Translations under genes and position numbers: made by a program
The notes under the pieces: model-generated
The model's input: only the letters and a program-made list of their open reading frames with translations
Told to the model about the DNA's origin: nothing
Databases searched by the model: none
Part shown: piece after piece, positions 27,149 through 36,421 of the stretch
Position numbering within the stretch: the first letter of the stretch is position 1
Layout: the number at the start of each line of letters is the position of its first letter
DNA from: Candidatus Fermentibacteraceae bacterium
GTDB taxonomy: Bacteria; Fermentibacterota; Fermentibacteria; Fermentibacterales; JCC-6
Length of the DNA stretch: 64,000 bases
NCBI GenBank assembly: GCA_041750285.1
Contig: JBGSZS010000019.1
Coordinates: 96,001 to 160,000 of the forward strand
Direction of reading: 5' to 3'

Positions 27149-29134
27149 ATGAGATCAAAAGCCATTCTGTGTGCGTTTCTGCTCCTGACTGTTACCGGGA
27201 CAGCCACTGCACTTCCATCCTATTGGGGTCTTCGCGGCCTTAACAGGGTGGTCGACGCACAGCCCATCGGCATCAACCAGTTCGCGATGGGTGTTTTCCT
27301 GCACAACGGCATTTCCCACGATGAAAGGCTTGCGGTGTTCGCTGACACTTCCTTCGCAGTGGAGGACATGGAACAGAACGCCACGGGCTATTTCGCGATG
27401 GCTTACGGCATCAACGACATGATCGAGATCGCCGGCCGGGTGGGCTATGTCTACAACGGTCTGCAGCGCGACCTCGACAGCGAGATCCGTGCCGCCAACA
27501 CCGGGGAATGGGAAGAGGACGACGGCATCACCAACGTTGTCGCCAGCCTCAAGGCGGGTTTCAACCCCACCAACGACGGCCAGTTCTGGATCGGCTTCAT
27601 GCCGCTGGTCGGCTTCAAGGTCTACAGCGGCGGCGACAGCCCCTACGTAGAGAGCTATGACGAAGGCTACGACGGCATCTGGTACTTTGGCGAGCCCATG
27701 TTCGAGATGCGCAGGGCGATGATCCCCGAAGCCGAGATGTACTACGGCGCCAACGCACTTTTCAGCTACAACGCCAATTTCGGCCTCGGTGTGCACGCCA
27801 ACGCCGGCTACCACATGTACAGCCAGACCTTTGAGTTCACCGACCGCCAGTTCGACGGGAACGGCGAAGTCATCGACTCTGAAGAGATCGAAATGGATGT
27901 CGATGACAACGTGCTCGTCATTGGTGCCGGCCTTGAGTACAAGACCAGGTACGTCACCCCGTTCATCGAGGGTGAATGGCGCATGTACCTCGACCGTGAA
28001 GAGGAAGACGGAGACGGTGAACGTTACGACGAAACCGGCATTCTGGCCGGTGGTTTCCGTTTCACAAGCAACTTCGGCATGGCACTCGACATCGTCGGCT
28101 CCATGAGCATGACCGAGTTCGACCCCGAGTGGTCGGACCTTGGCCACGGGCTCTACCAGGCCGGCCAGAACCCAACGGAAGAAGAGAGAGCCGCAAGGGC
28201 TCCGTTCCCCATGGGCTACCCCGCTGACTACGGCTTCGGCGTGAACCTCATGTTCTCCTCCGACCTTCTCGAGAGCCCCACCCAGGGAACCCTCAGCGGT
28301 GTGGTCACCGATGCCGGCACAGGCGAAGTCCTTGCCGCCGAGGTCAGCTTCCCCGCCACCACCATAATGCCCCTCACCACCGCCGAGGGCTTCTACACGG
28401 TCAAGCTGCTTGCAGGTTCGGTTCCCGTCAGGGTCACCGCCGAGGGCTACAACACGATCAACGAGACAGTAGTCATCGTGGCGGGCGAAAGCATCACACG
28501 CGACTTCGCGATGCAGCCTCTGCCCGGCAACGGAATGCTCACAGGTTCCGTCACCGATGGCGAGACCCAGCAGATCCTTGTCGCCAACATCAGTGTCCCC
28601 GACCTGCCCGAGGGCTACAACGGCACCACGGTCTGCGATGCCAACGGCGTTTACAGCCTCGAACTTCCCGAAGGCACCTGGACCCTCAGGTCCGAAGCCG
28701 AGGGTTACGTCACCGTCACCCGCCGCGTAACCGTCGTTGCCGACGAGACAGTCATCCAGGACATCCAGATGCGCCCCGAGCTCGTCGAGGGCCAGGTTCT
28801 CAGCTTCAACAACATCTACTTCGATTCGGGAAGCGCCAACATCAAACCCGAGAGCTTCCCCGTGCTTGACACCGTCGCCCAGACCCTTCTCGCCAACGAG
28901 GGCGTCAGGGTGCGCATCGTCGGTCACACCGACAGCGACGGCAGCACCAGCTACAACCAGGGCCTCAGCGAGCGCAGGGCCCAGTCCGTCTACGAGTACC
29001 TTGTGAACAAGGGCATCCCCGCCGCCAGGCTGACCACGGCCGGCTACGGCGAGGAGAGACCCGCGGTGCCCAACACCAGCGCCGCCAACAAGGCACAGAA
29101 CCGCCGCATCGAGTTCGAGATCCTCGGACGCTAG
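27149..29134 (+). CDS. OmpA-family outer-membrane protein (N-terminal barrel, two carboxypeptidase-regulatory-like domains, peptidoglycan-binding C-domain)
   Basis: Signal peptide; GTLSGVVTDA and GMLTGSVTDG repeats; NIYFDSGSA, GHTDSDG, NQGLSERRA, GYGEERP, NRRIEF. Confidence 0.92.
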   Translation: MRSKAILCAFLLLTVTGTATALPSYWGLRGLNRVVDAQPIGINQFAMGVFLHNGISHDERLAVFADTSFAVEDMEQNATGYFAMAYGINDMIEIAGRVGYVYNGLQRDLDSEIRAANTGEWEEDDGITNVVASLKAGFNPTNDGQFWIGFMPLVGFKVYSGGDSPYVESYDEGYDGIWYFGEPMFEMRRAMIPEAEMYYGANALFSYNANFGLGVHANAGYHMYSQTFEFTDRQFDGNGEVIDSEEIEMDVDDNVLVIGAGLEYKTRYVTPFIEGEWRMYLDREEEDGDGERYDETGILAGGFRFTSNFGMALDIVGSMSMTEFDPEWSDLGHGLYQAGQNPTEEERAARAPFPMGYPADYGFGVNLMFSSDLLESPTQGTLSGVVTDAGTGEVLAAEVSFPATTIMPLTTAEGFYTVKLLAGSVPVRVTAEGYNTINETVVIVAGESITRDFAMQPLPGNGMLTGSVTDGETQQILVANISVPDLPEGYNGTTVCDANGVYSLELPEGTWTLRSEAEGYVTVTRRVTVVADETVIQDIQMRPELVEGQVLSFNNIYFDSGSANIKPESFPVLDTVAQTLLANEGVRVRIVGHTDSDGSTSYNQGLSERRAQSVYEYLVNKGIPAARLTTAGYGEERPAVPNTSAANKAQNRRIEFEILGR

Positions 29135-29150
29135 ACGGCCGGTGTTTCAC

Positions 29151-29181
29151 GGGGGCGGGCTTCGGCCCGCCCCCCTCTTTT
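29151..29181 (+). terminator. Intrinsic terminator
   Basis: GGGGGCGGGC-TTCG-GCCCGCCCCC followed by CTCTTTT. Confidence 0.88.
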
Positions 29182-30970
29182 ATCCCAGGTCCAGAATCTC
29201 CTGGCACCACAGCCGTTCCATCCGCATCTCGCTGAAGAACAGCCGTTCCCTGAAGTCCGCGAACGTTTCGGCAAGGCTTGGGAGATCGGGAAAGCCATCG
29301 ATGAGGAGCCCGATGTTGTGCTCGAGAAGGTCGGAAGGGACCTGTTCGGGCCTGTTCCATGGAATGACGACGAGCGCTTCCTGCGCGCAGGCGGAAAGCC
29401 AGCCGGGGTCTGAATCGAAAGCTGCGATGACCGCGGTTCTGAGCCTGCCCTGACGGCCGAGAACCGAAGCGGTCCTGTCTGTGTAGTCCAGGGGGCGGAC
29501 GATTGCCGAGACGAGTGCCGGGAGGTCAACGGGGAAAGGCCCGGAAGCCTCTATCACAACGTCGAGGACACAGTAAGGATCGATCCTGAACCTGCTTTCC
29601 GCTGCGGAGATGATACGGTCCCGGTGTTCCCATGGATTGCTGCCGCGGACCCTCAGCACCGAATGGCGTCCAGTGAAGAAGGGACGAAAGGGTTTTTCAA
29701 TCTCGAGCAGCGTTGTGTGGGGCCAATCGTGGCAGAACACGGGTCTGGGCTCCATGTCCAGATCGAAGCCGAGAATTGAGCCGAGTTCGTCACGGGCGCA
29801 GGACAGATTCTCGAGGGTCAGCCCCGGAAGGCCGGTCACCCAGTACGGAGGGCGGTCCATGAAAAGCAGGCCTGTGTCCACGGCCTTTTCCCGCAGCAAC
29901 GTACCCGGGAGAACCGAAAGGTAGAAGGCCTGGACGCTTTCCCCGAGTCCCAGGCTCACAAGCCGTTCACCGGCCCGCAGGATGTTGTCGGGTGAATCAC
30001 CGGGAAGACCGAGGATCAAGTCCACTATCGGCTCGACCCCCGCGGTCTTCAGATCGACTGCGCCCCTTAGGGTTCTTTCCGGATCGTCATGCCGGCCCAT
30101 CGCCTTCAGTACGCGACGGCTGGTTGTCTGAAGACCCACTTCGACCGAGTGGAAACCCGCCCCTGCAAGTGCTGACGGGTCAAGGTTCCCAAGGCCGGCC
30201 CTGACCTCGGCGAAACATGAAAGCCCCATTCCGTTCATCCCGGACAATAATGACGCGAGGTCGCTTCTTCCGTTGAACGTGGGATCGAGGAAGACGAACT
30301 CCGACCGCCCTGCTCCGAGGTGTTTCCCAAGGTCCTGCAGAACCGCCGACGCGGGGGAGATGCGCGGTTCGGGGCATATGCGCCTGTAGGCGCAGTATGC
30401 GCATTGGTGCGGGCATCCCCTCACGGTTTCAATGTGCACCGGAAGGCCGCCGGAGCATTCCAGGTGCCCCGAGAAGTAGGGATCGGGCCAGTGGCCGGGC
30501 AGGAAGGTACACTTCCCCGTTGATGCGAACCCCGAAAGGGATACGGCCATTTTCAAGAGCTGAGGCGCGTTCAGGAGGTTTGCCGCGAAACCCTCACCCT
30601 CGCCTTCGACGAGCAGGTGGAAAGCACCCGACTCCCTCAGCCAGGTGTTGTCCCGCGTGACCTCCGGGCCTCCGCCCACAACAACGGTCCCGGGAAGGGC
30701 CCTTCTGATCTCGGTGGCGAGCCAGACGCATCTCTCTGCGTTCCACATGTAAAGCGTGAATCCAACGACAAGGGGACGGCCTTCCCTGATCATCGACAGG
30801 ATCCCGGAATCGGAGAGCGTGTCGCAGAGGTCACCCGGGAAAACACTGTTCGCGGGGAGTCCCGCTGCTGCGGCCAGCCTTGCGGGGGCCAGAGGCACGT
30901 TTCCCGTGGGTTCAAAAACGCAGCCCGGATGCAGCGGAAGCTGTATCAGAAGGACTTGCGGGTCAGACAC
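29180..30970 (-). CDS. B12-binding-domain radical SAM protein
   Basis: VVGFTLYMWN, VGGGPEV, ETVRGCPHQCAYC, FLDPTFN, EVGLQT, DLILGLPGD; GTG start overlaps the upstream stop. Confidence 0.85.
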   Translation of the reverse strand: MSDPQVLLIQLPLHPGCVFEPTGNVPLAPARLAAAAGLPANSVFPGDLCDTLSDSGILSMIREGRPLVVGFTLYMWNAERCVWLATEIRRALPGTVVVGGGPEVTRDNTWLRESGAFHLLVEGEGEGFAANLLNAPQLLKMAVSLSGFASTGKCTFLPGHWPDPYFSGHLECSGGLPVHIETVRGCPHQCAYCAYRRICPEPRISPASAVLQDLGKHLGAGRSEFVFLDPTFNGRSDLASLLSGMNGMGLSCFAEVRAGLGNLDPSALAGAGFHSVEVGLQTTSRRVLKAMGRHDDPERTLRGAVDLKTAGVEPIVDLILGLPGDSPDNILRAGERLVSLGLGESVQAFYLSVLPGTLLREKAVDTGLLFMDRPPYWVTGLPGLTLENLSCARDELGSILGFDLDMEPRPVFCHDWPHTTLLEIEKPFRPFFTGRHSVLRVRGSNPWEHRDRIISAAESRFRIDPYCVLDVVIEASGPFPVDLPALVSAIVRPLDYTDRTASVLGRQGRLRTAVIAAFDSDPGWLSACAQEALVVIPWNRPEQVPSDLLEHNIGLLIDGFPDLPSLAETFADFRERLFFSEMRMERLWCQEILDLG

Positions 30971-31763
30971 CTGGAAAGCCCGACAGCGTGGAGTAAAGAA
31001 GCGCCAGGTTTGAAAGAGCAATGAGAACGTGTGCCGCTGGATGATGGGGCCTCGTGAACCGAAAGACCACCCATGTACCAAGGACAAGTGCAACCGAAGC
31101 CATCAGATGAACCCTGAAGGAATCGCTGCCGATCCCTCCCGCGAGCATCGCACCGACGGATACAAGGGCAAAGGGTATGCACGCTGTGCAGACCCTTCCG
31201 GCCCAGTAGTCGGAGAATGCCATGGGAGGGTTGCTTTTGAACATGCTGCTGCCTTCCCTGAAAAACGCCCTGGCGGCATAGGTGACCGAGAAGGCCAGCG
31301 CCGTGGCACCGAGAGCCCTGTAGAAAACCAGTCCGAGAGAAAAGGCGGTGAACCAGTTGCTGCCGTGAACAACTGAACCGGCAGGTGACTTGAGCAGGCT
31401 GAGAATTATGAAGATGGACTGAAAGACCTGCATCTCCCCCAGAACCGACCAGTGACGGAGCACCTGACGACCGAGCATGCGAAACAGCTGAAGGGCCATG
31501 GCGGTCATGGCCATTTGCCCCGGTACATTGGGGAGCAGCCGATTGGTTGTCGTGTCCAGCTGGACCAGCATCAGCGCAAGCCCGGCCAGCTGGACAACCC
31601 TGAGGCGCTCCAGCATCCTGAGGCCCCTGCTTTCAGCATCGGACCTGTCATCGGGCACCTGGAGGGCGTTACGTATGACGCCCCTGCGTATCAGGGACTG
31701 AAAAAGCACCTCCTCCAGTGCCAACAGCACCAGAACAAGGACCCCTGCGATCGTGTGCGGCAT
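30963..31763 (-). CDS. Uncharacterised polytopic membrane protein (distant CcsA-like layout possible)
   Basis: About 8 hydrophobic segments; GGAGG SD 6 nt before the ATG. Confidence 0.55.
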   Translation of the reverse strand: MPHTIAGVLVLVLLALEEVLFQSLIRRGVIRNALQVPDDRSDAESRGLRMLERLRVVQLAGLALMLVQLDTTTNRLLPNVPGQMAMTAMALQLFRMLGRQVLRHWSVLGEMQVFQSIFIILSLLKSPAGSVVHGSNWFTAFSLGLVFYRALGATALAFSVTYAARAFFREGSSMFKSNPPMAFSDYWAGRVCTACIPFALVSVGAMLAGGIGSDSFRVHLMASVALVLGTWVVFRFTRPHHPAAHVLIALSNLALLYSTLSGFPGV

Positions 31764-31925
31764 GAACACCCTCCGGGCTTTCAGCGATGCAAAAACATAA
31801 CGAATGGCAGACCTTCGTGGTGAGCGGTGCGCATCTTCGGGGCCGGTGGGCGGCCGGGGAGAAAAACGTCATATAACTCTGTCATTGTCAACCGGAGCAT
31901 TCCGGCGGGGGAGGCAAACATCAAG

Positions 31926-32609
31926 GTGAAGGTTGCGGTCAATACTGAAGGGTACGCGGTTGATCCGGGTGGATCCCGTGCGCCCCTGAATCCCCTCAAG
32001 TGCCCGTGGTGCGGAACATCCGACTACGAGGTCAGAACCAACTGCAGGAACTGCGGAGGTCCCCTTCCCGAAAGGGAAACCGCGGGAAACGGCCGGTACA
32101 CGGAGATGCCCCTCAAGCCCCCACCTGCCCCGAGGGAGATCTCGAAGAACTACGTAAGGAAACTGATGCTTGGAAGCGGCTGGGGAGCCGCTGCGGCGAT
32201 CTTCGCATTCATCGGGGGGATATTCTTCTTTGTCGGCCTTCTGTTGACCGCTCTCATCGTGACCGCGTTCGTTGGGATACCGTTCATCGGAATGGGTGCC
32301 ATTTTCGGTGTGGCGGGTTCCATTGTTCTCAAGACGCAATACGACAAGGCAAGGAAGACGGTCGAGGTCCTGAGATCCGGCAATGATACCGAAGGCCTCG
32401 TGACTGAAGTCGGGCAGAACATGATGGTGCGGATCAACGGCCGGAACCCCTACAACATCGACTACGAGTACCACGTCGATGGACGGCGCTTCACGGGAAG
32501 CGTGCAGACCCTTCAGAATCCCCTGCAGGTCTTTCGCCCGGGAGGCAGGGCATGGGTTCTCTATTCACCCGGATCTCCGGAGACGAGCACCCTGTATCCC
32601 CACCCCTGA
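31926..32609 (+). CDS. Zinc-ribbon + two TM + DUF3592-like membrane protein (start uncertain)
   Basis: CPWCG...CRNCGGPL, two TM helices, IDYEYHVDGRRF, VLYSPGSPE. Confidence 0.65.
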   Translation: MKVAVNTEGYAVDPGGSRAPLNPLKCPWCGTSDYEVRTNCRNCGGPLPERETAGNGRYTEMPLKPPPAPREISKNYVRKLMLGSGWGAAAAIFAFIGGIFFFVGLLLTALIVTAFVGIPFIGMGAIFGVAGSIVLKTQYDKARKTVEVLRSGNDTEGLVTEVGQNMMVRINGRNPYNIDYEYHVDGRRFTGSVQTLQNPLQVFRPGGRAWVLYSPGSPETSTLYPHP

Positions 32610-32650
32610 CCCGTTCCCCCAAGGCTCTCCTTCCGGGAAGTTCCCTGCAC

Positions 32651-32678
32651 TTGTCCCTGTAATCTAATTTGCTATTCT
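32651..32678 (+). promoter_or_regulatory. Putative promoter of pckA
   Basis: TTGTCC-16 nt-TATTCT with a TGn extension. Confidence 0.4.
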
Positions 32679-32729
32679 TCAAACCTTGCCGGTTCAAGCG
32701 AACTGAAACGAACCTAAGGGGGTTGTTCG

Positions 32730-34385
32730 ATGCATCTGCTTGAGAATCTTGAGAATCTGCTTGAAAAACGCGGGGCAGCGGTCAGGGGGAATCTTTCCAG
32801 AGAGGCCATGATCGGTTCCTCGGTGGAAAACCGTGATGTCATGGTCATGAAGTGCGGTGCCCTCGCCACCTGGACCAGACCCGAATCCTCGGGGCGGAGC
32901 CCCAAGGATACGGTCATCGTCAAAAGACCCGGGAGCAGCGACCTTGTTGACTGGACCAGCCCGAACAACCTTCCGCTCGATCCGGAAACCTTCGACATGG
33001 TCTGGAATGATGCACTCGGCGTTCTGGAGGAAGTCCCGGGCATTTTCATCACCGACAGGGTTGTCGGCGCCGACCCCCGGTACGCCCTGCCGGTGAGGGT
33101 GGTCACCGACACCGCCCTTACGGCTCTTTTCACCGACAACATGTTCAGGCCGGTGCCGGAAGACATTCACAAGTCGGTTTTCAACACCAGACCCTACACC
33201 CTCGTCGTCCTTCCCAATCACAAGCTTGACCAGGTCCGCTACGCCGGGAGGCTGAGGAACGACCCGGCAGCGGGCGGCGCCTCCACAATGGTCGTCGCCA
33301 TGGACATGGACAGGATGCTGGGCATCGTTTATGGCAGCGCGTACTGCGGAAGCGTGAAGAAACTGATCTTCACCGTCATGAACTACCTGCTTCCGGCTGA
33401 AGGCGTGCTTCCACTGCACTGCAGCGCGAACGAGGGCCCGGACGGGAGCTGCGCCCTGATGCTGGGGCTGTCCGGAACGGGCAAGACAACACTCTCCGCA
33501 GATGCCTCCAGGGCACTTCTCGGTGATGATGAACATGGCTGGAGCGATCACGGGACCGCCAACTTCGAGTTCGGATGCTACGCCAAGCTGGTGGACCTTT
33601 CCGCGGAGAAGGAACCAGACATCTACAGGGCGTGTTTCCACGACGACGATTTCCTCCATCACGGCGCCATCATCGAGAACGTCATGGTCTACCCCGACGG
33701 AAGCTTCGACCTGTTCGACAAGAGGCTCACCGAGAACTCCCGTGGCAGCTACCCCCTGAGCTTCCTGCCCGGCATCAAGGAGTCGAGCACCGGCGGCCAC
33801 CCCCGCATAATCGTTTTCCTCACCGCCGACGCCAACGGAGTTATTCCTCCCATCTCAAAACTCACGATGAACCAGGCCATGTTCTGGTTCCTCATGGGTT
33901 ACACCAGCAAACTTGCGGGAACCGAAACGGGCATCGTGGAACCGGTGAGCACGTTCAGCCGTTTCTTCGGCGGACCCTTCATGCCGCTGAAGCCGGCGGT
34001 CTATGCGGGCATGCTTGGTGAAAAGCTCAAGGAGCATGACACCGAAGCCTTCCTTCTGAACACGGGATGGAGCGGCGGCCCCTTCGGCGTCGGGAAGCGC
34101 ATCAGCCTTCCCCTCACCAGGGCCATGCTGAACGCTGCCCTGAACGGAGAACTCCACAACGTGCCCTGCGTTCCCGACCCCTATTTCAAGGTTCTTGTTC
34201 CCCGGAGCTGCCCCGGCCTTCCCGACTGCGGGATGCTCAACCCGGGCAACACCTGGTCCGACCCCGAAGCCTACCACGAAAGGGCCTCGAAGCTGGCGGG
34301 CGAGTTCGCCGCGCATTTCCGCAAGGCTTACGGAACCAGCGACCTCGATGAAAGTATCATAAGGGAGTGCCCTGGCCTCAACTGA
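32730..34385 (+). CDS. pckA: Phosphoenolpyruvate carboxykinase (ATP)
   Basis: GRSPKD, LHCSAN, GLSGTGKTTLS, GDDEHGW, GCYAK, ENSRGSYP, NTGWSGG. Confidence 0.96.
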   Translation: MHLLENLENLLEKRGAAVRGNLSREAMIGSSVENRDVMVMKCGALATWTRPESSGRSPKDTVIVKRPGSSDLVDWTSPNNLPLDPETFDMVWNDALGVLEEVPGIFITDRVVGADPRYALPVRVVTDTALTALFTDNMFRPVPEDIHKSVFNTRPYTLVVLPNHKLDQVRYAGRLRNDPAAGGASTMVVAMDMDRMLGIVYGSAYCGSVKKLIFTVMNYLLPAEGVLPLHCSANEGPDGSCALMLGLSGTGKTTLSADASRALLGDDEHGWSDHGTANFEFGCYAKLVDLSAEKEPDIYRACFHDDDFLHHGAIIENVMVYPDGSFDLFDKRLTENSRGSYPLSFLPGIKESSTGGHPRIIVFLTADANGVIPPISKLTMNQAMFWFLMGYTSKLAGTETGIVEPVSTFSRFFGGPFMPLKPAVYAGMLGEKLKEHDTEAFLLNTGWSGGPFGVGKRISLPLTRAMLNAALNGELHNVPCVPDPYFKVLVPRSCPGLPDCGMLNPGNTWSDPEAYHERASKLAGEFAAHFRKAYGTSDLDESIIRECPGLN

Positions 34386-34400
34386 CGGGATGGTTCCATT

Positions 34401-35750
34401 TTGCACGCACTGGCACTCACGGTCCTGCTGCTGACGGGGATTTTCAATTCGCTGGTTCCGCATCCGGGTGACCAGGAGGGCAAGGCCGCAGTGCCCACCT
34501 CCTACGGTTGCCTGGTGGCCGGGAACACCCCCTCCGGCGGAAGCGGCGACACCCAGGTTCTGCTCGCGGGCTTCGACCATGCAGGCGGGCTGCTCTGGGT
34601 CGATTCGCTGATAAGGGGACGAAGCTGCAACCTGATCTCCATGACCGCCGTCGAGGGGGGAATGGTAATCACGGGCTCCATGACCGAAGACGAAGTTGGC
34701 GTAATGGCAATGGCCCTGTTCGTGGACGAGAACGGACAGGTCCTCTGGGAGTACCGGAACAGGGTGAGCAACGAGCACTTCACCGCGGCGTGCCAGGGAA
34801 CCGACGGCACCATACTGTGCGCGGGTGGCACGACCAACGAGGGCGCAGGGGGGTTCGACGTGGTGATGGCCGCCATGGACCCGGACGGCACACTTCTCTG
34901 GAGGAGGACGCTGGGAACCGCGGACGAGGAGACCGCCCACCATGTCGCGCCCTGCTCGGACGGCGGCTACATCATCTCCGGGCTGGCCATGGGCTGGGGA
35001 GCAGGGCTGGGTGACTACTGGATCATCCGCACCGACTCCCAGGGTGACACGCTCTGGAGCACGACCTGCGGCGGACCCCAGTTCGACTACCCATGGAGGA
35101 CGGTCCAGCACGGCGACTGCTTCTACGTGACGGGTTCAACTCTTTCGTTCGGCATGGGCAGCTACGACTGGTGGGTCCTGAAACTCGACGACCAGGGGGG
35201 GATAGTCTGGGACACCGTCTGGGGCGGCAAGGGAACCGATACCAGCATGGCGCTGACCGTCAGTGAAGGCAGGGCTGTCGCGGCCGGTTACTCCGAACCC
35301 GAGACAGGCAGCATAGTCCAGACCGTCGTGCTCTTCGGCGGGGAGGATGGCGAAGTGCTGGATGAGTGGATCTACGACGCCGGCCTCGTCAGACAGATAA
35401 CGGAGTTGCCGGGGGGCGGGTTCCTGCTTGGCGGTTCTGGCGTTCTGATCGGCGAGGACGTAATGGCGAAGGAGATAGACGCTCAGGGCGGCTGCCCTCC
35501 GCTTGGCATCGAGGGAAGCGTGGCCCCGAACACCACGGCGCTCACACCCAACCCCGCCTGTGGATTGGCCCTGTTCAGAACCTCACCCGGCGCCACAGCG
35601 GTACAGGTGTTCGATCTGTCGGGCAGGCTGGTGTGGGAGGGCGTTCCCACCGATGGCTGCCTCCAGCTTGACGTGACCGGGTTCAGGACCGGCGTCTACC
35701 TGGTGTCCGACGGCGTGGCCCTGCCTTCAAGGCTCGTGGTCCTGAGGTGA
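34401..35750 (+). CDS. Secreted beta-propeller-like repeat protein with a T9SS type A-like C-terminal sorting domain
   Basis: Repeats such as DENGQVLW, DPDGTLLW, DSQGDTLW, DDQGGIVW; CTD PNP...VFDLSGRLV...GVYLV...RLVVLR. Confidence 0.8.
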   Translation: MHALALTVLLLTGIFNSLVPHPGDQEGKAAVPTSYGCLVAGNTPSGGSGDTQVLLAGFDHAGGLLWVDSLIRGRSCNLISMTAVEGGMVITGSMTEDEVGVMAMALFVDENGQVLWEYRNRVSNEHFTAACQGTDGTILCAGGTTNEGAGGFDVVMAAMDPDGTLLWRRTLGTADEETAHHVAPCSDGGYIISGLAMGWGAGLGDYWIIRTDSQGDTLWSTTCGGPQFDYPWRTVQHGDCFYVTGSTLSFGMGSYDWWVLKLDDQGGIVWDTVWGGKGTDTSMALTVSEGRAVAAGYSEPETGSIVQTVVLFGGEDGEVLDEWIYDAGLVRQITELPGGGFLLGGSGVLIGEDVMAKEIDAQGGCPPLGIEGSVAPNTTALTPNPACGLALFRTSPGATAVQVFDLSGRLVWEGVPTDGCLQLDVTGFRTGVYLVSDGVALPSRLVVLR

Positions 35751-35810
35751 ATCTTCCTGGTCGTTTTGGCATATTGAAGGCGGTCCTTGTTTCGAAGGAG
35801 GGATGAGACG

Positions 35811-36377
35811 ATGAAATTCACAGCGGTATTGTTTCTGGCGGCTGCGGCTCTCTTCGCCGGCGGCCATGGCGACAGGGCTTCCCTCAGTTTTTCGGTGGGA
35901 GCCGGTGTGCTTACTCCATGGCTTGCAAGCGAGGACACCCAGGTTGGGACGGGTTTCGGCGGGATGATCGGTGTCGAAACACCCATGACCCAGGGCAATC
36001 AGTTCGCCCTCAAGGCGGGGTTCTTCACCGCTGGAACCGACAACGAGGCCTTCAGCTCAGTGGCGTTCGTTCCCCTGACCCTGAGCTACCGGATGTACCC
36101 GTTCTACAGGCGCTACGCCGGCCCCCGGGGCATCGAACCCCTCATCGGCATCCATGCGGGCGGGGTCCTTGCCTGGGACAGCGCCGAGGGTGACGGCGAA
36201 AGCACTACCACCGGAGGCGGGATAATCGGTGCTGAACTGGGCGCCCGCATACCGTTCGGCTGGACCAACTACTTCGAGCTTTCAGCCATTGCGGACTTCA
36301 TGCCCCTGGGCGCATCCCTTGCCGGCGAGGAAAAGGAGTGCGGCGCTCTCAGGCTAATGGCTTCGGTGGTGTTCTAG
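35811..36377 (+). CDS. Small outer-membrane beta-barrel protein
   Basis: Signal peptide, about 8 amphipathic strands, terminal Phe (LMASVVF). Confidence 0.65.
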   Translation: MKFTAVLFLAAAALFAGGHGDRASLSFSVGAGVLTPWLASEDTQVGTGFGGMIGVETPMTQGNQFALKAGFFTAGTDNEAFSSVAFVPLTLSYRMYPFYRRYAGPRGIEPLIGIHAGGVLAWDSAEGDGESTTTGGGIIGAELGARIPFGWTNYFELSAIADFMPLGASLAGEEKECGALRLMASVVF

Positions 36378-36421
36378 ACCAATCGCAGCCGTTATCGATG
36401 TTCCAGGAACGGGGTGTGCCG

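Noticed and set aside
27155..28927. 590-aa antisense ORF over the OmpA gene
   Set aside because: Shadow frame caused by strong codon bias in GC-rich DNA; no motifs
32739..32756. 9-bp tandem repeat CTTGAGAAT x2 at the start of pckA
   Set aside because: Only two in-frame copies; no sign of phase variation
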